Assembly (NCBI GenBank): GCA_951406725.2
Contig: OX597815.1
Location: 34,286,001-34,350,000 of the forward strand
DNA length: 64,000 nt
Direction: 5' to 3'
Origin: Octopus vulgaris
Taxonomy: Eukaryota
Shown here one piece after another: positions 1-12,187 of this stretch (positions are counted from its first letter, which is position 1; every line of letters begins with the position of its first letter). The position numbers were made by a program, and so were the translations under genes. The notes beneath the pieces are model-generated. The model searched no databases. It was given only the letters and a program-made list of their open reading frames with translations, and was not told the DNA's origin.

Positions 1-212
1 TACCAAACCGATAAGTTAAGGGGACGTAAACACACCAACACCGGTTGTCAAGCTGTAGTGGTGGACAAACGCCTACACGAAGACACACACGCATGCGACG
101 CGACGGGCAATGGATTTGGTCAGCCCGAGGCTATAGTAGAAGACGCTTGCTCAAGGCGAACCCGAAACCATGTAGCTGAGAAACAAACCTCTTACCACAC
201 AGCCACCCCTGC
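1..212 (-). mobile_element. tRNA-derived SINE family A, degenerate partial copy
   Basis: Shares CTATAGTAGAAGAC, GGTTGTCAAGC and CTTACCACACAGCCAC blocks with the full copies at 1096-1508 and 51104-51512. Confidence 0.8.
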
Positions 213-334
213 GCTTATTCAGATTTTAAAATATAAGACTGTAGGTTACGATGCATAGCCATTAAAATATTATTTCCCTTATTAATTTCGCCCTCCTATT
301 CTGACTTGGTTCGTTAAAAGTTTTAAGTTATTAT

Positions 335-547
335 ACCTATTTCTTCACTACCCTCAAGGGGCTAAACACGGAGGGGACAAACAAGGACAGACATAGGTAT
401 TAAGTCGATTACATCGACCCCAGTGCGTCACTGGTACTTATTTAATCGACCCCGAAAGGATGAAAGGCAAAGTCGACCTCGGCGGAATTTGAACTCAGAA
501 CGTAACGGCAGACGAAATACCGCAAAGCATTTCGCCCGGCGTGCTAT
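335..547 (-). mobile_element. tRNA-derived SINE family B, 5'-truncated
   Basis: Reverse complement of the 18245-18480 copy (GAGTTCAAATTCC B-box, GCCTTTCATCCTTTCGGGGTCGAT core, same tail). Confidence 0.85.
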
Positions 548-1095
548 ATGCCCGTTAGGCTATATGCCGTTTCAAGTTGTATTCACACATACACATAACA
601 CGCACATTGACATACATACTAGATATATATATACATGCATTCAGACATACGTGTTTCATCTTTTTTCAGATGATAGCTGCCTCAAATTCAACGTGATTCT
701 TCTGATTTACTTTAATCCTTGCATGTGAGCAGATAACAGTCGCCATAGGAATTTATAAAATACAAAACGGATCAAGAAATGAAATGATAAGGAGACATCT
801 GTATATCATTCGATTTAACTGATAAAACATTGTACGACTATTCTACAGCTCTCTCGATTGCCATAGCAGGTTCCAATGACAAGCATTGCAAGATGACAGA
901 TACTATTTTGACTGCAAGTTTTAAGTGAGAGCATCCTTCTCCTAGAAGAGCTGCCTTCCCCACAGCTTTGTCAAAAATAAGAACAGCCTCCTAGTTATCT
1001 CATAGATGGGACCCTGACAGGTACAAAAATTCATACATGTCCTGTACCCATATATGCATGTATATACACATATTATATGTAGGTATATACATATA

Positions 1096-1508
1096 TACTC
1101 TTTTTACTCTTTTACTTGTTTCAGTCATTTGACTGTGACCATGCTGGGGCACCGCCTTTTAGTCGAGCAAATCGACCCCAGGACTTATTCTTTGTAAGCC
1201 TAGTACTTATTCTATCGGTCTCTTTTGCCGAACCGCTAAGTTACGGGAACGTAAATACAACAGCATCGGTTGTCAAGCGATGTTGGGGGGACAAACACAG
1301 GCACACAAACTTATGCACACACATACATATATATACACATATATACGACGGGCTTCTTTCAGTTTCTGTCTACCAAATCCACTCACAAGGCTTTGGTCGA
1401 CCCGAGGCTATAGTAGAAGACACTTGCCCAAGGTGCCACGCAGTGGGACTGAACCCGGAATTGTGTGGTTGGTAAGCAAGCTACTTACCACACAGCCACT
1501 CCTGCGCC
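1096..1508 (-). mobile_element. tRNA-derived SINE family A, full length
   Basis: Minus strand begins GGCGCAGGAGTGGCTGTGTGG (A box) and GGTTCAGTCCC (B box), has an internal TA/TG microsatellite and ends GACTGAAAC(AAGAGTA)n. Confidence 0.9.
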
Positions 1509-2376
1509 TATATGTATGTATATATGCATATATTTATATATTATTTATATAAATATATGATTGAACGACACGCATCCTTTTCCAAGTAAGTGTTATCTTA
1601 ATAATTACGATGCTCACTCTTCTATCTTTACTATCTCTTCTCTGTCTATCTTTCTCTCTCTCTTGTTCTTCATCCTTTCTGGTTTTCTCTCCCACCCTTC
1701 CCTATTCTTCTCCTCTCCTCTTCACCGTTCCCTCTCTCTCTCATTCCTCCTCCTCATCACGTGTCAACTCTCTCGTCACTGACACGTGACGAAATAGAAT
1801 CTATCTTTCTGCCAATTACCTTCCTAAAGACAACACGTGCTTATACTGTCTCCTCTCACAAGCTCCTCTTCCTAGCGTTCATAATAATTTTTCTATCGTC
1901 TTGACTTGACAGTCCTCACCGTTTGTTTTTACTGTTTTGTTCTCACTGTCTTGTTCTTGTTACCACTTTCATCCTCCGCAAAAAATCCCAAATTTTATTT
2001 AATTTGCTTTGCGGGAAGGACTGTTTCAATGAAGTCGCGCCTTGTCCTTACCTTCGATACGCGGAGAAGATAAAACAGGGACAACTGAACAAGGAGAATA
2101 TTCTTTATGTTGCATGTTTCGTTTCTCAGTTTGTTTGTTTTTTTCGTTGTTCGAAAAAAAGTTCGTTTCTATGTTTTTGTTTTTATGTTTTCGTTTCTCA
2201 TTGTGTTCAACATTTTTTTATGTCCTATACCCATATATGCATGTATATATACATATAGATGTAGGTATGTACATATATATATGTATGTATATATTTATAT
2301 ATCATTTATATTATCATATGATCGAACGCCATGCATCCTTTTCCAAGTAAGTTTTATATATATATATATATATATG

Positions 2377-2627
2377 ATCCCGAAACCAAGACTCAGACTT
2401 CGCAGTAGAAGACCCGCCAACGAGATTTGAAAACGTCGAGGAACTCGTGGCAGCCGCTCGCTATCCCAAAGGAGAAGTTTCAGGAATGCTTCCATCCATG
2501 GAAACTACGCTGAATTAAGTTTGAGGCTTTAGAAAAGGACAACTTCGATGGAGATTGAATACTGAATTGAAATGTGTTGTTATCTGTTTATAGCACCAGT
2601 CCCGATACTTTTTTTTATCAGACCTCG
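2377..2627 (+). mobile_element. mariner transposon 3' fragment (transposase C-terminus plus TIR)
   Basis: Frameshifted translation RFENVEEL...AIPKEKFQECFHPWKLR*IKFEALEKDNFDGD* matches mariner C-termini; ends CAGTCCCGATACTTTT..CAGACCTCG followed by TA. Confidence 0.7.
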
Positions 2628-2667
2628 TATGTATGTAATCACACGCGCGCGCGTGCACACACACACA

Positions 2668-2878
2668 GCGGTTCAAGAATTTGGACCTGGAGATCTCCAT
2701 TTCCAGCGACTTCGAGTGCCACCTCCAAGTGGTGTCGGGCGTCAACGAAGAGCCCTCGACTACAACAAGACGACCGAAGTTTTTTTTTTTTAACTTGGTC
2801 TGGGGTCTACCGCCCCTAAGCCCTAGACCATCAACTAATCACCCCTACCCGTCTTGTTGCTTAAAAACAGCAACAGCA
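2668..2878 (+). mobile_element. short unclassified retroposon with (CAA/CAG) tail, copy 1
   Basis: Highly similar to 12399-12637; sits in a (CA)n tract. Confidence 0.75.
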
Positions 2879-3139
2879 CACACACACACACACACACACA
2901 CAAGTATAATACCGACTATTCGGACATGGTCCGGAATCTTATGATCCACAAGACGGGAAGGAGCATTAAATTGCTGTGACCACCAGATTAGTCTACTTCT
3001 ACCTTGTAGAATACAGTATTAATCAACTTGTATTGGGTTGGCGCATAATTAACGATCATTTATTATTTTTATTCTAAATTTTAAATAAAACATTTAGCAA
3101 ACTAGCTCGTTTAGAAAATCTCCATTAGAAAGCAGTATT

Positions 3140-3432
3140 TATACTGTATTCATGCTGCGAAGTAATGTTTATCGGCACCTAAACGTGGGTGTTCTGTAAG
3201 AACAGACGATACTGCCATTTTAACCCCACGTGGATGCCTCCTCTCGCTGGTTATTCAGTGCGCTTCGCGCTCGATGTATATTGTAAGCGGGTAGAAGATT
3301 CCTTACTATTTCAGCTCTGAGATCACCAGATCGCGTGATTTCGACCTCATTTTGGTCATTTTCAATGACGGATATTCGCCTGCTAGATATAGCAGTAGTT
3401 CACTCCAGCTGGCGATATATAGAAAAACAGTG
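3140..3432 (-). mobile_element. Penelope-type repeat unit carrying a degenerate hammerhead
   Basis: Colinear with 59225-59515; hammerhead-like fold at 3325-3369. Confidence 0.6.
3325..3369 (-). ncRNA. degenerate type I hammerhead ribozyme motif
   Basis: Minus strand GTCA-TTGAAAA-T-GACC(AAAATGA)GGTC-GAAA-TCACGCGA-TC-TGGT; core mutated relative to CUGANGA. Confidence 0.45.
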
Positions 3433-3465
3433 TCATACAGTCACTGGTCTTGCATTTTTAGTAAA

Positions 3466-3856
3466 TCTATATATACATAAAGCTGAAGTTGTCTGTGTAT
3501 GGCAGGTTTGGTAGCCTTCAACTAACATTATCTCCTCCGAGACCCTGCGGTGCAAGTTGACCAAAATTGAGATTATGATAGAAGAAGGCTTGCTCTTCGT
3601 TCCGTAGAAGAAAAAATTCAAACTGGACCATCTTAACACCAAAAATTATTTACATCAAAAAGGTGCTTTTTTCCATGAAAATCTCTATTTTTACGATTTT
3701 TTTTACTGCTGTGTCGCCATTTTTCGGTGCATTTCAACCAGAAAAATGTTCGCTTAAAGAGAATAACAAGCTACATAATGCAAAATTTTTACTTTTCAGA
3801 AATTCCAATTCTAAAGGGTCGAAACAAACCCGAGCAACGCCGGGCGATACTGCTAG
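3466..3856 (+). mobile_element. non-autonomous Helitron
   Basis: 5' TC after A, 3' CTAG before T, subterminal CCCG-N8-CGGG hairpin; second copy at 9473-9861. Confidence 0.85.
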
Positions 3857-4147
3857 TTATATCATAAAACGGTGGTTAATTATGTACCAACCCAAAATTA
3901 TTCCTACTAATGTACAACTACATGTATTTCATTTCATTATTTAAGCAGATGTAATACTTGTTTGAGTCAGGGCGTGTTGACCAGGGTGACCACCCCCGGT
4001 TCGGGAAAATCAATAATCTGGAAAGGCTTTTGAATCAAGGATACCAGAAAATCAATGTTGAACCTATAAATGCATACAAAGTGACATATATATATATGTG
4101 TTTATTTATATGTGTATGTGTGTGAGTATGTGTATAATTATATGTAT

Positions 4148-4188
<41 letters not shown>

Positions 4189-4755
4189 TACTTGCATTCA
4201 TAATTCATACGATTGTGTGTATTTTAACAACATCCTCATCATCATCATCATCAGCTGCAGCACCAGCAGCAGCAGCAGTGACATCACGCCTTTTGACGCA
4301 TTTCTATTTTTAGTCCACTAATTAAGCAAGATTCGCATCTTTAAAGCCATTTATCGGATATTTTCCAAGAACACGTGCCGCTATAAGCGATTGTTTCCCC
4401 CACCTTATGAGTAGCGTGTATGTGTGTGTGTGTGTGTGAGTGTGTGTGTGTGTGTGCATGTGCGTGTGTGGGGGTGGGGGTGGGTGCGTACGTTTGTATG
4501 TGCGCGTGTGTAAATACGGTTTGGTTATTTACTTTTTTCACATACTACACCTTTCTTCCTTATGTGCATAAGTGTTGAGTATCTACCCTACACAGTCCTT
4601 ATAGTTTTTCGGGTGTGCATTTAAATACGTGTCAGCTATCAGAGACGAAGAATGAATGAAAAATAAAAGCCAAGAATAAGACATAGTTTATCATATGATG
4701 TTATATATAGGGAGGCATTTTACAGAAACATGGGTTTAGAGATAGACGGGCAGAC

Positions 4756-4847
<92 letters not shown>

Positions 4848-4852
<5 letters not shown>

Positions 4853-4977
4853 TGTAGAGGAGCGTAGGCTCGAAACGTAAAAGACTTTTTCTATTCCTGA
4901 GCGTTATATTAATACATCTGTTTGTTTTTGTACACCACCTGTCTTCGTCTTTTGTTTTATTTTTCGTAAACTGTCCC

Positions 4978-4980
<3 letters not shown>
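4848..4980 (+). mobile_element. Penelope-type repeat fragment with a minimal hammerhead-like motif
   Basis: TTTT-CTGTAGA-G-GAGC(GTAG)GCTC-GAAA-CG-TA-AAAG; colinear with 59998-60125. Confidence 0.55.
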
Positions 4981-5008
<28 letters not shown>

Positions 5009-5039
5009 CTTGTGTGTGTGTGTGTATAAATATACATAC

Positions 5040-5088
<49 letters not shown>

Positions 5089-5105
5089 GTATATATATGT
5101 ATATA

Positions 5106-5161
<56 letters not shown>

Positions 5162-5416
5162 AGTATTCTAATACGCATACCTATATTCATGTTGAGTGTA
5201 CTCTAACGTCGAAATAAGACGATCAAGGACGTAAGTCGGCAATACCCATGCAGACATTTTATATTCAATAAGATTTGTAAAACACCTCATAGATCTTCAT
5301 AATTAGCCTTCATTCATACCTCTGCGCGTGTGTGTGTGTGTGTGTGTGTGTACATATATATGTTTATATACAGCAAGAGAAAATCATAAATTCTACATCT
5401 GAAGTACACACACATA

Positions 5417-5456
<40 letters not shown>

Positions 5457-5731
5457 CTGGATCAGTGTGGGAAATAAACGACAAGTTCTTTCAATATAAG
5501 TACACATACATACAGACTCATAGGTAAACACGTGATTTTGCTTGCTTGTGATTGTTCATAGATATATGGTTAAGCGCAGATAAACGTGTCTGTGTATATG
5601 TATGTATGTATATATTTTCTATACGTATGAAGTTTTTTTACACATAAGTTTGTGTAGGAAGTATTGTGTCTGTATATATGAATGCATATACATAGAGACA
5701 CACGTATATGTATATACATATATATACACGC

Positions 5732-5786
<55 letters not shown>

Positions 5787-5787
5787 C

Positions 5788-5839
<52 letters not shown>

Positions 5840-5948
5840 CATATTATATATATATATATATATATATTTACATTATATATATATATTTATACATAATTTA
5901 TACATATATAAAAGAATTTTTGTACACATACATGAGTGTTTCAGACAG

Positions 5949-5992
<44 letters not shown>

Positions 5993-6527
5993 CGCGCAGT
6001 CGGTTTTACTTTTAATCGTATTTTATTTGTTGTCTTATTCAGAAACTAAAATAACTACCATAATATACATTACAATGTTACTCCCTCATTAATATTCCTC
6101 AGTGGAGATTAAAAAAAAATACAAATAAAAATAAAATAAAAATAAAAATAAAAGTAGCAATAACAATGATAATAATAATAATGAACAAGACTTCTGTGAT
6201 ATAAACAAAAGAAAAATGAAATATATGAAATACAGATGGAAGAATGATAAAAAGAACAGAATTCGTGTAAATTGTATAAGTGGCTGACGCCGATATGATT
6301 TTATGAAGAACAAAATTAAACAAGCAAAATTTCAAATTTGTTGTAGGAATGAATTTGTGTACGTCAAAGCAAAGCAGCTTTTATATGCATATGTAAATAT
6401 ATGTGTAAATACGCGCGCGCGCGTGCACTCTCCCAGAGTTAGGTAGATTGATAGACAGATATATATATATATATATACATATTGTACACACATTGTACGC
6501 ATATATAGTTTATTATAAAATAATGCT

Positions 6528-6580
<53 letters not shown>

Positions 6581-6596
6581 AGAGAGAGAGAGAGAG

Positions 6597-6667
<71 letters not shown>

Positions 6668-6793
6668 CAGAGAGAGAGAGAGAGAGAGAGATGGATATAT
6701 ATGTATACATAAACACATATACATACACAGAAATGTATGCATATGTTTATATGTATGTATGTAAGTATGCATGCATGCATACATGGATGTATG

Positions 6794-6827
<34 letters not shown>

Positions 6828-7045
6828 TGTATGTATGTATGTATGTATGTATGTGTGTATGTATGTATGTATGTATGTATGTGTGTATGTATGTATGCAT
6901 GTATGTATGTGTGTATGTATGTATGTATGTATGTATGTATGTATGTATGCATGTATGTATGTATGTGTGTATGTATGCATGTATGTATGTATGCATGTAT
7001 GTATGTATGTATGTATGTATGTATGTATGTATGTATGTATGTATC
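6528..7045. repeat. compound microsatellite (TA)n(GA)n(GATA)n(TATG)n
   Basis: Directly visible. Confidence 0.95.
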
Positions 7046-8652
7046 AGGTTCTCTGAATCGTAACACTTAACCATTGCAAGATAGCACTAACATGGCAATA
7101 CATATGCGCAATTCTATCGGTAAGCGCACCGAAATATGAAAAGTCAAAACCATATAGATATTTGATTAGTTGCTGAAAAACCTGTTAAAAATATCCATTC
7201 CCTTGTCATGCGCATATTTTTCTCTGTTCGCATTATGTGTATTACAAGTATACATCACACGTATGCAAAAGTGACTGGTTATTGTTAATGAAATTTCGGT
7301 GTTAGTGAATAGATTAAAGCTGTTTACAGTTTATATGACCATCTTTCAGAGTGTAGCTAATTCATTATTTAAAAAAAAAAACTGTTTTTGCTGGTTGGTT
7401 GTTGGAAAATAATAAATAGTGTTGCAAGCTTTCCCTAATTACGATCATTTATTTATTTATTTATTTATTTATTTTGAAATAGCTAAAAAGGGTAAAGTGT
7501 AGTAACATATTTCTCCGAGAAACAAATTAGATCTGGAGCATAAATATAGGCTAACGTGTATTCTATAACGGACAATCGATTTCATAAATCTAAATCTTAT
7601 TATCGTTTATTGTCCAGATATGTTTAGAAAGGGAAGTAGTTTGACTAAATGTATATATATATTACGTAACAACTTTTGTTGGTGGAGATTTAAGCGTGCT
7701 GCGAAGTATTATAGTGACGCACTCAAAGACAGGATACGCTGAGTTCAGAAAAATGCTAATATCCATGAGCACAATAATAAGAAATGAAATATTATGTGGT
7801 ACAATACTCACTGTAGTTTAAATATTTGTTTTGATTTTGCCAAAACTTTCCTAAACGTTTGAAGAAGCATTTTCCTGTACACCATAAATAGCATAAGATA
7901 TTCAATGCTAAGATGAAATGTATATGCATCAAAGTTTCGCTGCTTCTATATTCGGGATAAACAGAACAAACCTTTCTAGCAAGACAAGCAAGTTTTCTCC
8001 TTTTGTAATTTCAAGAATTCTAATAGCTGTCTACTCAACAATCTTCTTTCAAAAGCAATATTTACCTCTGTAGAGTATCCCTTGCAGTTAACATAAAAAT
8101 GATAAGTTCCAAGAAGCTTACCGCAAATTCTTTCAGAAAAAATATTCTCGCAAAATATGTATTCTTTCAGGTACTTGGTAAATTATCTCAAGTTAAAAAG
8201 GATAACAGGGTTAACAAATATGAATCGACTGTGAATTTACTCTCTCGATGAACTTTGGATTACCGTTTTAGGGAATTCTAGCAGATGCTTTTGTCGCTTA
8301 TTATTCAGAAATTTCCATCTATTAACACCTTTAGACAATTTATTTTTACATTATGGATTTGCCATACCCTGGAAGATGGGCATATAAATCAATAAAAACA
8401 GCCTTAATTTATTCATCAACAATAACAGTCTTCTTTGCACACTGAGAACTTTCTGCTACCAGTCAAATTTCTATTTAGTTTTGGCTTTTTAACATTTTGG
8501 AATGTTCACAAATATTGCTGCTTACATATTGTTGCGCAGCTTTCTTACTTCAGTGTTTCGAATAACACTTAACATAAAACTAGGAATTACTATTCAGGAA
8601 GCTGTACCTTCTAACAAAATATACATATTCTATTATATGTATTGAGTAATAT

Positions 8653-8700
<48 letters not shown>

Positions 8701-8704
8701 ACAG

Positions 8705-8754
<50 letters not shown>

Positions 8755-8759
<5 letters not shown>

Positions 8760-9350
8760 TATAAAACTCAACTTGTGTGTTTGTATGTGTATCTGTGTGT
8801 GTGCCTGTGTGTTTAACTTCCCGGCACATCTCCTCCTAGCCAACAAATCGTAGAACCACCAAAAATGGGTCACTTAAAGTTTAGGCGAATGAAAATTGAA
8901 CTGCGCTATTTCTGTTCCGAAATTCATCTCGCAAGTGCAAAAATCGATAATGTGTTTGTTTAGGCCTTATCCCATGCATTGAATAGTGAACTTTACTCAG
9001 TCAGCTGTTTGACGTGAACTGTGTTCACCACGCGTGCAAGCATGCGTAAATTGCATGAAAAATAAAAAATCAAGATATAAAAACGAATCGCCGTAAACAT
9101 TGTAGAAATTCGGCAAAGAAATGAATTTTCGGGATGTAGCCTGGAGGGTTTTTTCGTATTAATCGTTTGGACTTTGTGAACACATACCAATTGTTTTCAT
9201 AACATTTTTAACGCTTTGAATTAAATGTGACCATTTTGCGTTGAGTCTGCAGTTTGAATCACTTTAACCAAATTTTAGCAGGCCGGATTTTTGATCATCA
9301 CGATACATCGCCAGCGACTCCCTGAAACTCTCCCCTGAAATCCCCGTTGA
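8755..9350 (+). mobile_element. Helitron-like element, 5' portion
   Basis: TATATATAAAACTCAACTTGTGTGT start identical to the TC-initiated 5' end at 9355 and similar in style to the 3466/9473 Helitron 5' ends. Confidence 0.5.
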
Positions 9351-9354
9351 GAAA

Positions 9355-9423
9355 TCTATATATATAAAACTCAACTTGTGTGTCTGCGTGTGTATCTGTG
9401 TGTGTGTCTGTGTGTTTAACTTT
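9355..9423 (+). mobile_element. Helitron 5' terminus fragment
   Basis: A|TCTATATATATAAAACTCAAC, repeating 8755-8820. Confidence 0.55.
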
Positions 9424-9472
9424 TGGATCTACCAAGTTTCATTATTAAGGATGGAAAGTAGTGTGTAGCAAA

Positions 9473-9861
9473 TCTATATATATAAAGCTGAAGTTGTCTG
9501 TGTGTGGCAGGTTTGGTAGCCTTCAACTAACACTATCTCCTTCGAGACCCTGCAGCGCAAGTTGACCAAAATTGAGAGTATGATAGAAGAAGGCTTGCTC
9601 TTCATTCTGTAGAAGATAAAATTCAAATCGGACCATGTTAACACCAAAAATTATTTACATCAAAAAGGTGCTTTTTTTCTATGAAAATCCCTATTTTTTA
9701 CGATTTTTGACTGCTGTGTCACCATTTTTCGGTGTATTTCAACTGGAAAAATGTTCACTTGAAGAGAATAACAAGTTGCATAATGCAAAATTTTTACTTT
9801 TCAAAAATTCCAATTCTAAAGGGTCGAAACAAACCCAAGCAACACCGGGTGATATTGCTAG
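9473..9861 (+). mobile_element. non-autonomous Helitron
   Basis: A|TC...CTAG|T termini with subterminal hairpin; colinear with 3466-3856. Confidence 0.85.
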
Positions 9862-10263
9862 TATATATATAAATGTATGTATGTGTCTCTCTCTTATAAT
9901 ACTTATGCTAACAAGGAATGCTTTTTGTCAGTCAAAATAACATTCTTAAAAGAAGAAAAACAAACAAGACAGCGACGAAGATATATCCGGTTTCGACTTT
10001 CACTTTATCTACGTTATTTCTTTTCTCATGGAATAACTATCTTGCAAAGTGTCCAATCAACGCATGGCATGTGTGGAGCATGTGTTGGGGAATATATCAT
10101 GAAACAAGCTGTAGGAGTGTCATGGTTACATCCCAGCACTTAAATTTTTAGCTGTAGCCATATTATTCTCTGACATTACAAACAAGTTTAAGCAGGTCTA
10201 TGGAACTCACTGTAAAACACAAGCATGTTTCTTATATGTATCTAAAAATTTTGAATGTGATAT

Positions 10264-10302
<39 letters not shown>

Positions 10303-10436
10303 TATAAACATACGTACGCACATACGTACATGTATATAATATATATATGTATATATATATATATATATATGTGTATATATATATATATACATATATATAC
10401 ATATATATACATATATATACATATACATATATATAC

Positions 10437-10481
<45 letters not shown>

Positions 10482-10814
10482 TATACAACTATACATGCAT
10501 ATATGTACATACATACATATATATTTATATAGGTACGCATACATAGGTTCAGGACGTCAGAAAACGAAAACAACATGAAAAACGAAATGTATGTATGTAT
10601 GTATGTGTATGTGTTTGTAAAATCGGGCACGTATATGAATGAGTACAAGCAGATGAGTGTGTATAGTAGTGTATACCTGACAGTTCCTTGATATTTAAAG
10701 ATAAAGCATTTAGCATTTTATGGCATGCAAATTAGTGGCTCCGGTTATCTGTAACTGTCGAGTATATCAACAGATTATCTGCTTGTTCCTCTCGTATTGG
10801 TCACATTGACGGAG

Positions 10815-10862
10815 ACGCCCCTGATGAGAATCCAATAAGATTCGAAAATCGTTTAAGGTTGT
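10815..10862 (+). ncRNA. hammerhead ribozyme motif with intact core
   Basis: CTGATGA(10821-27)-GAATC(CAATAA)GATTC-GAAA(10844-47); helices I and III weak. Confidence 0.55.
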
Positions 10863-10937
10863 TCATCATGTTTTTCAATCTATGGAGAAACAACTAAATT
10901 AGCCCTGTTTAAATATAGGTTACATATATACAGATAC

Positions 10938-11272
10938 GCATGGCTCAGTGGTTAGAGCGTCGAGCTTACGATCGTGAGGTTGTGAGCTCGAATCCCGGAC
11001 CGGGCTGCGTGTTGTGTTCTTAAGCAAGACACTTTATTTCACGTTGCTCCAGTTCACTCAGCTGTAGAAATGAGTTGCGACGTCAATGGTGCCAAGCTGT
11101 ATCGACCTTTGTCTTTCCCTTGGATAACACTGGTGGCGTGGAGAGGGGAGGCTGGTATGCATGGGAGACTGCTGGTCTTCCATAAATAACCTCGCCCGGA
11201 CTTGTGTCTAGGAGGGTAACTTTCTAGGTGCAATCCCATGGTCATTCATGACCGAAGGGGGTCTTTACCCTT
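10938..11272 (+). mobile_element. tRNA-derived SINE family C with 13-bp TSD
   Basis: TGGCTCAGTGG A box, GCTCGAATCCC B box; TSD TATATACAGATAC at 10925-10937 and 11273-11285. Confidence 0.85.
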
Positions 11273-11294
11273 TATATACAGATACATGCATAAT

Positions 11295-11342
<48 letters not shown>

Positions 11343-11389
11343 ACACACACACACATACATACACGCGCGCGCAGATACACACACCTCTG

Positions 11390-11600
11390 CGCAGTTCACC
11401 TATCGTGGTTCACCTATCGCGGTTTATTATTTAAGCCCATGTCGATTCCTCCGTGTTGTTGTTTTGCGTTTATGATAAAATAAATATATACAAATGATAA
11501 AAATAATTTATAAGTACTGTTTCTACTTCACGGATTTTCACCTATTGCGGGGGTTTTAGAACGTAACATCCGGGATAGTCGAAGGATTACGAGGGATTAC
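11390..11600. mobile_element. Tigger/pogo-like DNA transposon (MITE) relic
   Basis: Repeated CACCTATCGCGG motifs and a terminal CGAGGGATTAC resembling Tigger-type TIR ends. Confidence 0.45.
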
Positions 11601-12187
11601 ATTTATATTTCCTTGTAGATGGATATATCTACGGAAAACTGTATCATCCTTATACATTCATCTGGATATATAACTAACATCATATTGTTTCATGTATGCA
11701 TTTTTCCACAATAATACACTATAAAATCGAATAACCTGGCTAGAAATACTTAAAAACCCTTACAATTTTTTGCACTAACTTATAGCAATACAGTCTCCTT
11801 AATTCTAACCTTCCTAAAGTATCTAGTTTAAAATTTCCAAATAGAAATCTAATAACACCACACCCATTACGCTGCGGGGCTAACTAATTCATCAAAATAC
11901 ATTCTTTTGCGAACCCTAAATTAATACAACAAAAATCAACTTTCTATAGAAAGTGTCATGTTCTAAATTTGACTCATCTATTTACGCCTTTACTTCCACG
12001 CGCGACTGAAGACCAAACAATAACAAAATTCTTGTATGAAAGCAAATTAGGTATCTTCACCATAAGTTTTCATCACCCTATAACACATACTTTCCTCCTC
12101 TCTTTCTCTATTCATCCTCCCTACGCACACAGTCTACCTCCACTGCACCTAATTATTATTCACATAGTTACTCCTCCAAAATAAAAC

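Noticed and set aside
2020-2066. CAATGAAG...CTTCGATACGCGG as a decayed hammerhead, and a 10-bp inverted repeat at 1758-1790
   Set aside because: Both core segments are mutated and there is no second copy in the window to confirm
7100-8560. Long non-microsatellite stretch as possible host exons
   Set aside because: No ORF of 60 aa or more in the track and no recognisable motif; probably an old repeat or non-coding DNA
10938-11010. tRNA-like sequences (also 34111, 57490, 61810)
   Set aside because: A/B boxes without a complete cloverleaf and continuing into SINE bodies; not tRNA genes
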